Source: a virus. From it: 64,000 bases of DNA. The stretch lies in IMG/VR virus record IMGVR_UViG_3300009376_000001. One strand, given 5' to 3'. A program made the translations under genes and the position numbers. Below are positions 15,911 through 26,400 of this stretch, in pieces; positions within the stretch are counted from its first letter, which is position 1; every line of letters begins with the position of its first letter. The notes under the pieces were generated by a model. It worked only from the letters and a program-made list of their open reading frames with translations. It made no database searches and had not been told where the DNA came from.

Positions 15911-18649
15911 CTACCGTATACGGGGATCATTAAAATCTATGCCCATATCGGAGTCTTCATCGTCATCATCAAAATCATATGCTGACTGTCCACTAGGTCT
16001 AGAGCTAGACCGTCTACGTAAGTCATCAGAGGAAGGTTCTACATCTTCATCAACATCATCTAACTCTGCATCATCTGAAGGCGATCCAGCAGAAGCTCTC
16101 TCCGCACGAGGTACTGACTGTCCTCTACTAGGCTGAGCAGCACTGGCTGCGCCTACAGGCTCCGGTTCTGGCTCAGGTTCTGGAGTAGGTGTCTGTTGTC
16201 TAGGTGCTGATTGTCCACCTAATCCTCTTTCTGCATCGGGGTCATTAACATTAAGTGCGTCTTCCTCTATATTCGGCCTATTGCCTTCATCTTGTTGTGC
16301 TCCTTCTCGCTCTCGTAGTTGTCTTGCTAACTCTCTATCTTCTTCATCACGTAGAGCTTGTGAAGACCACTCAGATCCATCAGAAGACTCTGGAGCAGAT
16401 GCTAAGTCTTCCTCTGGCATTGAAGGTTCTTGATTGGTTTGATTCCAATTAATCTCTTCTTGAGCAGATTGTTCTTGTTCTGGAGGACTAGCTTGTCCGA
16501 AACTTAGACCCCAAACCCTACCTGCTTTATCAAGAAAATCTTGTTTAAATTCTTCAATAGTACTAAGATTATTAGCCTGTCCCATTCCAAATTCTGCTTT
16601 TAGACTTTGGAATTTATCAACAGAGAAGTGGTCTTCAAAAACAGCTTCAAGCTCAGCTTTAAGGTCTTCTCTGGACAAATCTCCAGGTTTTCTACCACTA
16701 TGTTGATTACGAGAAGTTGCTCCACCCCCTGTGGTAGCCATTAACTGCCCACGATTACTAGCTGACCTGGTAGGATCTCCATAATGTGCAAAATCTGAGC
16801 CGAATCCGCTGTCAATCTGGATACCTCTTCCGTTACTATCTACCATCCAGTTACCTGAATGTCTGTCCCAGTTTCCTGTTAACCAGTCATTAATCATCAT
16901 TTTATGCATATCATTACGGAAACCTTCATTGGCATACAAGCCTGACTTATTATTGTGGTTTCCCATATTTACACAATTAGGTTTACAGAACTCTTGGAGA
17001 TGTCCTCCACCACTAGCGATTGCATTACGTAAAGCTGTAGTTTGGGCATCATTAGGACTTAAACCTAATTTTTCAGCAATAGCATCAGCGGATATATTAC
17101 GGTTAATTGCAGTATCAGAGTTAATATTTAAATTAAATATCTTATCAATAGCTTCAGAAACTAATTCAGCCTTTTGCTCATTCTTTACGATTTTATATAC
17201 TACTTCAGAACCGTCATTAAGTTTTAAAGCTATTACTACACCTTCTTGGGCGTTGATACCGCCACCTAGCAATCGTGCTTCGGCGATATCACTATCATTA
17301 ACAGCTTTTAATCTTTCGTGATTAGCTTTTACTTCATCAGAAACACCATGTTTTTCGAACAAACTAACAGCTGCGTCTGCAAATTCCTGATTTATCTTCC
17401 TAGCTGCTGCTTGTTCTGCTTCTGACGGCCCTTCGTCCGGTTGACCTCTTCCTCCTCTCCGTTGTCTTCTTCGGAATAGGTCTTCAACACGCCGTACTTG
17501 TCTTGGATCTCTACGAGCAGGCTCTCGTCGTACAGGTGCGCCTTCTTGGTGAGGTTCTGGGCCTTCTTGTGCCAAACTGCCTTCGGCACCACGAGAAGCT
17601 GCACCAATATGAGGTCTTCTACCACGCATACCCAATGGGTCAGTGTGTGTCCATCGAGCTAATCGGCGGTTAGCTACATCCTCATCACTTATTTCCCCAA
17701 AAGTAATAATCATGGGGTCTTTACGACCTGGAGGCAAACTGATCATTTGTCCCTTTTCTCGTAGTTCTTGTTCCATAGAACCAACAATCCACGGGACTTT
17801 AGGGATTCTAACTAAATGAGCTACTGCTCCTCCGTGCTTATCAAATAATGCCCTATCACGGCGATTCTCACGGCCTGGACGACGAATATTGCCTCCCGCA
17901 GGCATACGTACTATTTCTCCCTTACGTACTTCTGCTTTAGGAACAGCTATAAAACGACGAGCATATATGTTCTGTTTTAGACGAACTCGTTTACCATCTG
18001 GTGTAATACGAGAACTACGTAGGAATTTCTTTGCCTTCTCTCCCTTCTTTAAGTCCATAAAGTTAGGAGCAGCCGGATTACCTTTAGCGTCTTCCCATAA
18101 GCCGTCAATATCATCAAGCTTAGTATCATGTTGTTCATTAAGAATATTACGGATTTCTATAGCTTGACGGTCAAGAACATGTTCCCACTCTTCCGTGCCA
18201 TCTTTTAGACGCTCTGCACGGTCCATATATTCCTGAAGCATGTTCCATTTATCCTGTTTGAACCCTGCATAAGGAATAAAATACGGAAGTTCTCCCATAT
18301 TAATCATGTCAATCATCTGATTGTAGCGATTGTGAATAACATGAGCTTCTGCCCGATATTCATTTAATTTGACTATCAAGTCAGAAAGTTCCTGTTTGGA
18401 CATATTCTGCATTTCTTCTTTAGTAAGGCCCGCACCAGGGAACATGCGTTTAGGATTTACCCAACGAATGGCTCTGGTAACCATAGGACGAGGAACTTTA
18501 CGATGAATAGTCCTATACATAGGAACTAGATGAGGATATCTAGCATGCGCTAATTGCAGTAGTCCTTTCGTAAGAGAAGTTAACTCATTAATAGAGACTT
18601 CAACTGCAAAATCATCAATTTTATTAGTTAAATCTATCGGACTAGTCAT
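15911..18649 (-). CDS. Large multidomain protein with PI3/PI4-kinase-like (HipA-related) kinase domain
   Basis: LGGGIN..VYK..E...D...HLQEF...DWLTGNWDRHSGNWM...IDSGFG; long acidic disordered C-terminus. Confidence 0.8.
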   Translation of the reverse strand: MTSPIDLTNKIDDFAVEVSINELTSLTKGLLQLAHARYPHLVPMYRTIHRKVPRPMVTRAIRWVNPKRMFPGAGLTKEEMQNMSKQELSDLIVKLNEYRAEAHVIHNRYNQMIDMINMGELPYFIPYAGFKQDKWNMLQEYMDRAERLKDGTEEWEHVLDRQAIEIRNILNEQHDTKLDDIDGLWEDAKGNPAAPNFMDLKKGEKAKKFLRSSRITPDGKRVRLKQNIYARRFIAVPKAEVRKGEIVRMPAGGNIRRPGRENRRDRALFDKHGGAVAHLVRIPKVPWIVGSMEQELREKGQMISLPPGRKDPMIITFGEISDEDVANRRLARWTHTDPLGMRGRRPHIGAASRGAEGSLAQEGPEPHQEGAPVRREPARRDPRQVRRVEDLFRRRQRRGGRGQPDEGPSEAEQAAARKINQEFADAAVSLFEKHGVSDEVKANHERLKAVNDSDIAEARLLGGGINAQEGVVIALKLNDGSEVVYKIVKNEQKAELVSEAIDKIFNLNINSDTAINRNISADAIAEKLGLSPNDAQTTALRNAIASGGGHLQEFCKPNCVNMGNHNNKSGLYANEGFRNDMHKMMINDWLTGNWDRHSGNWMVDSNGRGIQIDSGFGSDFAHYGDPTRSASNRGQLMATTGGGATSRNQHSGRKPGDLSREDLKAELEAVFEDHFSVDKFQSLKAEFGMGQANNLSTIEEFKQDFLDKAGRVWGLSFGQASPPEQEQSAQEEINWNQTNQEPSMPEEDLASAPESSDGSEWSSQALRDEEDRELARQLREREGAQQDEGNRPNIEEDALNVNDPDAERGLGGQSAPRQQTPTPEPEPEPEPVGAASAAQPSRGQSVPRAERASAGSPSDDAELDDVDEDVEPSSDDLRRRSSSRPSGQSAYDFDDDDEDSDMGIDFNDPRIR

Positions 18650-18663
18650 AGTGACTCCATATT

Positions 18664-21600
18664 CTAGGCATCGGTCTTAAAAGCATCTGGGCTTCCATAT
18701 TCTCCACTGGAAGGAGTGGCAGATTCTGGAGGCTTAGGAGTAGATTGTGGAGCCTGTGTAGACTCTTTTTTACGAGGTTTTGCAGCTTCTCTAAAAGCTC
18801 TACCCATATGTCCAGCCAAAGAAGCAAAAGGATTACCGCCTGACTTTTCAACGTCATCAGCCTTCTGAGTGCTCCTAGGCTGTACATGACGATCGTAATC
18901 TACGCCTTCTTTAGGCTTTCTTTCTGGCTCTCCAGACTCAATTACACTGGGGGCCGGAGGAGTACCGACTCTAACATCAGGTTTCTTTCCTCCGAAAATG
19001 CCCTTTTCTAATTTCTCAATAGTATTGTCTAAATGTTTAAAAACATCAGATACTTCGGAATTAGACGTAATAGCTATCTCAGAAATATTACTATCTAATT
19101 TATGTAATATCTCAGCTATATGGACTTCTCTATCGTCCTCTGCTCTTCTAGCTTTTACTTCAGCTTCATCAGCTTTAGCTTTAGCTACACGAGCTTGAGC
19201 TTTAGCAGAGCGAGCCTTAGAATGCTGTTGCACACGCTTAGCACTCGCTACTTCATTTTCCATTGCTTTCTGATATTGGTCTTTTTGAGGAGAGGCCATT
19301 TCATTTTCTCCAGCTTTATCTATACGTGCAGGTTGTTCCCGTTGCGGTTCTTGCTCCAGATAAGCTTTGTCTCCACCAGCTTCCTGCATCCGTTGCTGCA
19401 CTGCAGCACGTTGCCCTCTTAATCGCTCTTTTTCTTCCGGTGTAGGCTCTCTTACCGGAGGTGGCGGAGGCGGTGGTGGGTCATCTGGCTCTGGTTTTGT
19501 CGTAGGTTCCGGCTCTGGCTTAGTTGTATCGTCCTTAGTAGGGCCATTTTCTTGCTGGTCACGAACAGCAGCAGCTTCTTTTCTAGAATAATATCTAGCT
19601 CGTTTTCCGTCTTTACCTCTACGCTCTGCTGTATACTCCTGAACGCCTTTAGGAGGCTGATCTCCAGGCTGTAAATATTCACGATCACTAGTAGAAACAG
19701 CTGACTGACTTTTTTCGCCAGTTTCTCTCTGCACGGTACGCATCATCGGCTGCCCATCTGGTCCTATAGCAGGATTACCTTGTGAATCCAATATAGGTTC
19801 TTGTGTCGGAGCAGATAATTCAGGTCGATCTTGAGCATGCAGTCTGGCTTCACCTTGTTCTCCCTGAGATTGTCCAGCCCCTTCACCAGATGCATCCTTA
19901 GAGCGTCCTCGCTCTCCCATCATCCGTTCACCTATGCCTGTAAGAAGTCCTCCAGCCCCTTGAACTTTCTCAGGAACATATTTTTCAATATTTTTATTTA
20001 ATTTACGCCGTAAAATATGACCACCATACCGATCTGGAAAGCCTTCCCCAGGAGGCATGGCATCTTTATTTCCTTTAACTATCTCATCAAGATGTGCTCT
20101 AACAGCGTCTAATGATACTCCAGTTTTATCACGTGCAATGGCTTCAATAGAATCCTCTGCCTTAGCAAAATCAACCATTGCTTTTTCAAGAGCATCACTA
20201 CGAGGATTAACAGGAACTTTAGCTATTATGTCATTCCCATCGTCATCCACTCCAGTACGATAATCCCGTGTGATGACATTCCCTTTGTCATCAACAGCTA
20301 CTTCAGGCATATTCATAGCCTTAGATATAGCATCATCGTATTTAGCGTCAGCACGAGCCATCATAGTGACTAATTTTCCACGTTCATTCCAATACCCACG
20401 AGGATCTTGTCTATATAATTCACTATTAGGAGCACGATATTTAACTCCACCTAGTGTATGTGCTCCAAAATATTGCCCTTTTTCCCAACCCTCGTTCCAA
20501 CCTGATGACCATGCCTTACCCCATTCGGAAAACATTCCACCTAAACCACTTTTAGCTTCGGCGTTACCTCTCCAAAAAGAACTTCCAGGCTTCTCATTAT
20601 TAGAACTATCGGCTCCATGTGTGGGATGATTAGCAACCCGCACACTACTTTCTTTCACAACTCGTTTTACATCATCGATACTTCTAACTTTTCCGCCAAG
20701 TACACTAGTAAAAATAGACTTAGCCATACCCCACGGAGAATTAGCAATTACGCTAGGAAGATCGTCTGCCTCATTTGCATCTGATACATCAAATAAATCA
20801 CTGGCATTATGTCTCAATGATTCTTCAATAAAGTTTTCATCAATACCATTTTCTTCTAAATTAGATAAACTATTCTTTTCATATTCAGCTGCAAATTTTT
20901 CTTTATCCTTTGTAGTAGGCTCCATACGGGTCATTGGCCCTCTGAAGTCCTGCTTTACATTCTCATTAAGCCATTTACGTCGATTCTTAGGGGTAACATC
21001 AACTCCTGCAAGCTGAGCATCACGGCCCATTGCTTTATCGACGATTAATTTCTCACCATTTCGGACAGCAGCACCAAAATTCTTGACTCGTTCTCCACCT
21101 TTAACAGTCTTGAATTTACCTTTACCACCTTCACGTTGCTCTATCTTGAAAGATTTACCATCAGGATTCATCTTAATACGGACTTGAATATCAACGCCTG
21201 CATCTTTACCGACGTTCATACGCAAACCATTACGAGGAAACGCTTGTCCTACTATTTCACTAGTAGACTTACCTTCCGCCACTGCCGAAGCAACCGCATC
21301 AGCTTGCTGAGCAAAGGCACTCATTAATTGTTTTACAGGCTTAGGAGGTGCGCCTTGAGTACGTTGTCTACGTCCTCCTCCCTCAGGAGCAGGTTGGTCA
21401 AAGCCCAATCCTTTCATCATGTCATTATAAATAGGTTGTAAGAAATCTAGATTCTCTCCTACTTTGACATGTTCTTTCTTTAAATTATTATAAACATCTC
21501 TTACGCCTCTAGCATAAACAGCCCGTTCTTGTTCTGCAGGAGTAAGACTATTAGGGTCAGCATTAACGAGTGCCTCACCCTCAGAACTTAATTCAAGATC

Positions 21601-21792
21601 GTCTTTCTTACGTCTAGCAGCTTTATCTAAATAATTATCAGTTATTAATGGAATGCCAGCTTCAGAATACGGAATATTAATAATATTCTCAAAACGATCA
21701 ATAACGTCATTAAGAGCAGAAAAAACTAAAAGCTCTTCCTGCTCTTTAGTAAGCAAATCTAATTTATGTAAAATTCGCTCTTCAGTCGTCAT
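18664..21792 (-). CDS. Large portal-adjacent protein, probable internal head/ejection protein
   Basis: 1042 aa, coupled to portal stop; low complexity, poly-Pro; several LxK[AGS] sites; shares YL.P...PP...RRG...YY module. Confidence 0.65.
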   Translation of the reverse strand: MTTEERILHKLDLLTKEQEELLVFSALNDVIDRFENIINIPYSEAGIPLITDNYLDKAARRKKDDLELSSEGEALVNADPNSLTPAEQERAVYARGVRDVYNNLKKEHVKVGENLDFLQPIYNDMMKGLGFDQPAPEGGGRRQRTQGAPPKPVKQLMSAFAQQADAVASAVAEGKSTSEIVGQAFPRNGLRMNVGKDAGVDIQVRIKMNPDGKSFKIEQREGGKGKFKTVKGGERVKNFGAAVRNGEKLIVDKAMGRDAQLAGVDVTPKNRRKWLNENVKQDFRGPMTRMEPTTKDKEKFAAEYEKNSLSNLEENGIDENFIEESLRHNASDLFDVSDANEADDLPSVIANSPWGMAKSIFTSVLGGKVRSIDDVKRVVKESSVRVANHPTHGADSSNNEKPGSSFWRGNAEAKSGLGGMFSEWGKAWSSGWNEGWEKGQYFGAHTLGGVKYRAPNSELYRQDPRGYWNERGKLVTMMARADAKYDDAISKAMNMPEVAVDDKGNVITRDYRTGVDDDGNDIIAKVPVNPRSDALEKAMVDFAKAEDSIEAIARDKTGVSLDAVRAHLDEIVKGNKDAMPPGEGFPDRYGGHILRRKLNKNIEKYVPEKVQGAGGLLTGIGERMMGERGRSKDASGEGAGQSQGEQGEARLHAQDRPELSAPTQEPILDSQGNPAIGPDGQPMMRTVQRETGEKSQSAVSTSDREYLQPGDQPPKGVQEYTAERRGKDGKRARYYSRKEAAAVRDQQENGPTKDDTTKPEPEPTTKPEPDDPPPPPPPPVREPTPEEKERLRGQRAAVQQRMQEAGGDKAYLEQEPQREQPARIDKAGENEMASPQKDQYQKAMENEVASAKRVQQHSKARSAKAQARVAKAKADEAEVKARRAEDDREVHIAEILHKLDSNISEIAITSNSEVSDVFKHLDNTIEKLEKGIFGGKKPDVRVGTPPAPSVIESGEPERKPKEGVDYDRHVQPRSTQKADDVEKSGGNPFASLAGHMGRAFREAAKPRKKESTQAPQSTPKPPESATPSSGEYGSPDAFKTDA

Positions 21793-23666
21793 TCTTCATC
21801 ATCTTCTGAGAGAGGAATTCCTGCTTCAGACATCTCTGGCCCAGCTATTGGCGGAGGTGCAGGTAATTGGTCTACACCAGCAGGCTGTCCTTCCGCAGGT
21901 TGTTCCTCCATTCCAGGCATCATAGCGGGAGCACCAGGAGCACCAGGTGCGCCTTCAGCCCCAGGCATTCCAGGCATACCTGGAGCTTGCTCCATCTTTT
22001 TAAATTTAAATCGAATATCTTTACCTTTTTCTTTAATAGGCTCATATCCTAACTGGAGCATCATACTAGCATTCTCAAGTCGCAGTTTTTCAATAGACAA
22101 CTGAATTTCTTCAGTCTCCTCCTGCGGAGGCTGTAGATGAATAGTCCAATCAGAAATCTCTAATTGTTTAAGCATGAATGGAATAACGTTTTCGTTAATT
22201 ACATTTTGATACGATTCAATTAATTTATTATGCATATCAGTCTGAGCAGACTCTCTAGTCAGACCGCCAACACTAGATGCATCTCCTGAGAACAGAGGAG
22301 TCACGCCCCATAGCATAGCTACACGGTCACGAATCTCCTGCCTAACAGGTAGATAGTCCAGTTCTTGGAAGGTATATGCTAACTTAACGAAGTCAGTTTT
22401 ACCTCGATTATTTCTAGCCGATGCTGCAACCCACGGGAACGTATTCGGGTCATTAAGCATTTGAGTCTTAATACGCTCGATTTCCGTTTCTAAGGATTCA
22501 GGATCATCGGTATAAGTAATTAATAACCCCGGTGGAATTCTCCGTTCATACCAGTATCTATAGAGCGTCCTGTCTGCCCCTACAAGGGACAGAACTTTCT
22601 CAAAGACTGTAAGAACGGGAGAATATCCATAAGTTTTAGATGGATTAAAGAAAGAGGCGTGACAGATTTCATCAGCTAGATAGTAACGATAACGTCCACG
22701 CCAATAATACCTAAACATAGCTGGCAGTAAGGTAGCGTTACAACGGAACCCTTCTGCCGCTACTACATCGCACTTGCCAGGAGATGTGTGAGTCTGTTGC
22801 TCTCTATGAATAGGACATAAGAAATGAGAACGTTCTGGTAGACCGTCTTTCCTATCTATATCATATTCAGTTAAAGCCGGATGTAATCGGGTGACTTCAA
22901 AAATCTTTGATTTACTAATTTTCCCAGTTACTGGGTCTATTTCATATTCTTTGTTAAATAGTAAGAAGCCATCATCCGCAATTAAAATGTCTGTCATAAA
23001 CTCATTTAAGACATCTAAGAGCGACTGATGGAAACTATTGGCATTACCGATTAATACATCAAATGATTTTTGTTGGGTAAAATCGGGAATACTAGTCCCT
23101 ACAGGAACTTTATCCCCAGTTTGTGAATCTCTTTTATATCTACGTACATTTTTAGTGATGATTTCATCGTATTCTTTGTCATAGACTTCTTGTTGTACTA
23201 TTTCAAAAGCAAAACAAGAATCACAATGTTCATCTTCATCTTCTTCAAATTCTTTACCACATTGAACACATTTACGAACATATTTTTGTTGCCAGTTAGA
23301 AAAGCCTTTACGGAAAACTTCACGCAATATTGCTAATACAACTGAGCGTATCTCAGTAACTTGATAGGCTAATACGTAAAGATCTTGTAATATGCTACGT
23401 CGATAAATAAATTGTTGGCGAACCCAGTCTTGAATAATTGCATCAAGACCCAAAGGAGACATACGTCCCGTGGCACCATTAGCACCTTGAGCCGTTTCCG
23501 CAGCCTTAACCAACGAATCTAATGTACCTATTAGTCCATTAACTCGTTGATATTGGTCTAAATTACTAGGAATTTCGCCAGCTGCTAAATTACGACTAGC
23601 CAATGAGGCAGCCCCAGGACTACCTGGCTCTCCGAACACACCAGCTAATGAATCAACTAAACCCAT
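21789..23666 (-). CDS. Portal protein with Cys-rich insertions
   Basis: Directly after terL; EICH...YGYSPV...PPGLL...DYLPVRQEIRDRVAMLWGVTP portal core; Pro/Gly/Met-rich tail. Confidence 0.85.
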   Translation of the reverse strand: MGLVDSLAGVFGEPGSPGAASLASRNLAAGEIPSNLDQYQRVNGLIGTLDSLVKAAETAQGANGATGRMSPLGLDAIIQDWVRQQFIYRRSILQDLYVLAYQVTEIRSVVLAILREVFRKGFSNWQQKYVRKCVQCGKEFEEDEDEHCDSCFAFEIVQQEVYDKEYDEIITKNVRRYKRDSQTGDKVPVGTSIPDFTQQKSFDVLIGNANSFHQSLLDVLNEFMTDILIADDGFLLFNKEYEIDPVTGKISKSKIFEVTRLHPALTEYDIDRKDGLPERSHFLCPIHREQQTHTSPGKCDVVAAEGFRCNATLLPAMFRYYWRGRYRYYLADEICHASFFNPSKTYGYSPVLTVFEKVLSLVGADRTLYRYWYERRIPPGLLITYTDDPESLETEIERIKTQMLNDPNTFPWVAASARNNRGKTDFVKLAYTFQELDYLPVRQEIRDRVAMLWGVTPLFSGDASSVGGLTRESAQTDMHNKLIESYQNVINENVIPFMLKQLEISDWTIHLQPPQEETEEIQLSIEKLRLENASMMLQLGYEPIKEKGKDIRFKFKKMEQAPGMPGMPGAEGAPGAPGAPAMMPGMEEQPAEGQPAGVDQLPAPPPIAGPEMSEAGIPLSEDDEE

Positions 23667-25633
23667 TAAATCGTTCCTATTATTTCTTTTAGTGAGTATT
23701 CATCGGGTGCACGAGAAATTACCCAATCTGAACCTTGTTTTTCCCATTTAGAAGCACAAACCAAACACATTCGCCAATATGCTTCCTCATTATCAAAGAC
23801 TCTATTTTGTAATTCGTCAGTATATTCTATACCACCGACACGGTTACATACAACACATATATCAGAACTGCTACTAACTATGCGTTCTTGGACAGCATCG
23901 CGTCCCCACCCTGCATTAGTGGGAGTTTTTAAAGGATTTCTTGCTTTTTCATTTTGAGATGTTTGATTATTATTAGGATTTTCAAAAAATCCATTAACTC
24001 CACCCATACTTCGCATACTAGTAAGAGTACTATGTTCTTTTAATACACCATGAACCGCTCCTACTACCGCATCTGCTCGATCTTTCTTCATTCCTGGCCT
24101 AGCTTCGATTTTATCTCCATAAACAACATCTAAGCCAAGAATCTCTTCTATAGTCTCTTTATCAAAATATCCATCTAATTTTTCTTGATAAATTAAATCC
24201 TTAAAAGTATCGTAAGCTTCACGACTACTTCTACCTATAGATTTATATTTAGCAGGAATACCAAATTTAGCTAACGTCTGTAACGAACTAACGGACTGAT
24301 AGTTATCATACGTTACGCTAACAATTCGGTATCCTTTATCACGTAAGCCTAAGATGAAATTTTCAATAGAGGAAAAATCTACATCATATTCAGGATCAGG
24401 TTCCCAAATCTTTATTAAATCAATTATTACATGTTCTTCGCCCTGATGAGCGATACAGACAGCAGCATTAGCATGTCTTAATCCTAAGTCAACGTGAATA
24501 AAGTATTTAATTCCCGCCTGTAGACCAGCTTCTTCTCTAATTTCTTTCAATCTAGCCCAAGTTATTTGACCTACTTCATCTATATCTGCGTCAAATGCAC
24601 GTAGAATAGGCAATGAATCTTTTATATATGCATCCCGTGCAAATGGAGGGTCACATTCATAACGAGCACGAGCTAGAACAGGATCCGTTTCATAAAAATC
24701 AATAAAGTCTTCTTTCTTCTTAGAAGGATTAAACTCCCAAGTGGCAAAAGGCGTACCTCCTTCTTTACAAGAAACAAAGGTACGATTCTCTGTCTTACCA
24801 TTGGTAAACCGTCGTTGAATAAATGATCCCTTAAAACGAGGCCAAGATAAACAGATAACCTTACCAACACCTGGGAAACGAGACTGAATCAAAGCCTTAG
24901 CGGTGTTATACACACCTTCGGCTCCCTCACTACGCAAAGAATGACTACGTTGTAGCTCTTGTTCACTCTTAAATGCATCAATCTCATCAAGAATAATCAA
25001 GATAGGGGTATAACCCTGCCAAGACTCATTTTCAGAGTTACCCGAAATAAGGCGTATATTCTTAGGAAATGTAACAGTCTGCTGAGTAATACGAGAGGAA
25101 ATATACTGAGGTAAAGTATCGTCAGTAAATAAAGGAGCACTACGTAAAATATTAGACAAAGTGCTGAAGTAAATGTTACGGGCGATATCCGCATTCTGGG
25201 CCACATTTATCGAATCAATAAAGCTGTTACTGTCCATCCCAAAATATACTTGAGGATTCTTAAGACAGTGAAGTAAATACACTATACGTAAACCAATTAA
25301 TATAGAACACGTATCCTTACCAGAGCCTTGACCTGCCATTAACACACTTTCAGTAAAGAAAGGCGGGTCAAATATATTAGATGTGTTATAAACAAAATCA
25401 ATCTGAGGCTGAGACAGTCTCATAGTTAGATTCAAATACTCTTCGCCATAGAGAAAAGTTTCTAAATCAACTGGAGTAAAACTCCAAATATCATCTTCGG
25501 ACTCGCTAACAGTATCCTCAGTAGCTACAAGACTAGGATCGTTAAGCAGAGAGCCTAGTATTGTAAAGTCTACCAAGGGCTGTGAGTTTGACTCCGAGCC
25601 TTTGGAGGGTTTCTTGGTCTGTAACTTCTTCAC
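23666..25633 (-). CDS. terL: Terminase large subunit
   Basis: Walker A GQGSGKD, Walker B IILDEID, LSWPR motif III, RNase H-like HVDLG...YDNYQS...KDRADAV; C-terminal CxxC...CxxC; true start may lie a few codons downstream. Confidence 0.9.
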   Translation of the reverse strand: MKKLQTKKPSKGSESNSQPLVDFTILGSLLNDPSLVATEDTVSESEDDIWSFTPVDLETFLYGEEYLNLTMRLSQPQIDFVYNTSNIFDPPFFTESVLMAGQGSGKDTCSILIGLRIVYLLHCLKNPQVYFGMDSNSFIDSINVAQNADIARNIYFSTLSNILRSAPLFTDDTLPQYISSRITQQTVTFPKNIRLISGNSENESWQGYTPILIILDEIDAFKSEQELQRSHSLRSEGAEGVYNTAKALIQSRFPGVGKVICLSWPRFKGSFIQRRFTNGKTENRTFVSCKEGGTPFATWEFNPSKKKEDFIDFYETDPVLARARYECDPPFARDAYIKDSLPILRAFDADIDEVGQITWARLKEIREEAGLQAGIKYFIHVDLGLRHANAAVCIAHQGEEHVIIDLIKIWEPDPEYDVDFSSIENFILGLRDKGYRIVSVTYDNYQSVSSLQTLAKFGIPAKYKSIGRSSREAYDTFKDLIYQEKLDGYFDKETIEEILGLDVVYGDKIEARPGMKKDRADAVVGAVHGVLKEHSTLTSMRSMGGVNGFFENPNNNQTSQNEKARNPLKTPTNAGWGRDAVQERIVSSSSDICVVCNRVGGIEYTDELQNRVFDNEEAYWRMCLVCASKWEKQGSDWVISRAPDEYSLKEIIGTI

Positions 25634-26117
25634 GTATTATCTTCGCAACATCTAATAAAAATTCTTGAGATAAATCCGCACCTAACAGTGCTACTTGTCC
25701 TTTTAGACTTTCTAGGTATGCATCAGTTGCTTGTTTTTTATCTTTAAATTTAATGTTGTCATTTAAAAGAGCATCTTGAGCAACATTGGTAACTAATTTA
25801 TATCCCTCTAATAATCTATCCGTGGCCTCCTGATTAAGATCAGCAGGTGTAATATCATAAATAGAGTCTTCTTTCTTTTCTATAGCCTGAAGGGCTGTAG
25901 GGAAGGCATCTTCGCCTATTATCAACGTTTCCGGCAGTACATCCCACTGCTCCGTGAATTGCCAAGTAGTGAGCAACTCAAGCGGTACGCCAAGTTGCTC
26001 ACTAATCTCTAAGAGTTCGGATCCTCGTTCATAGAGCTTTTTTGCTTCTTCACGGAGTTTTTCCGTCCAGTCTTCTTGGGAGTTTCCTTTAGACTTTCCA
26101 TTATTTGTTCCTGCCAT
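25542..26117 (-). CDS. Probable terminase small subunit
   Basis: N-terminal HTH (AKKLYERG.EL.EISEQLGVP...TW..W); immediately upstream of terL. Confidence 0.7.
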   Translation of the reverse strand: MAGTNNGKSKGNSQEDWTEKLREEAKKLYERGSELLEISEQLGVPLELLTTWQFTEQWDVLPETLIIGEDAFPTALQAIEKKEDSIYDITPADLNQEATDRLLEGYKLVTNVAQDALLNDNIKFKDKKQATDAYLESLKGQVALLGADLSQEFLLDVAKIIREEVTDQETLQRLGVKLTALGRLYNTRLSA

Positions 26118-26350
26118 GTATCTATCACCGTCGAAGCATATTCTTTAGTAATGGGCGGTTGACTATCATTAGCATGCAAAGAACGATTAATTTGGGGTAT
26201 TGCGTCTAATAGACCATTTACCCACTCATTGAATTCTCCAATATCATCAAATGCAATGATAGGTGCAGGACAAACTAAAGCAACACGTCCTGTGAACGGG
26301 TCTACCATTAACGAAAAATCGTCATCACCATATTCAGGATATTTCGGCAT
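26009..26350 (-). CDS. Hypothetical protein
   Basis: GGAG RBS; extended -10 TGATATAAT upstream. Confidence 0.6.
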   Translation of the reverse strand: MPKYPEYGDDDFSLMVDPFTGRVALVCPAPIIAFDDIGEFNEWVNGLLDAIPQINRSLHANDSQPPITKEYASTVIDTWQEQIMESLKETPKKTGRKNSVKKQKSSMNEDPNS

Positions 26351-26400
26351 CTTATCTCCATATTATATCAAATTATTAAATATTTAGGTAATTTTAAAAA

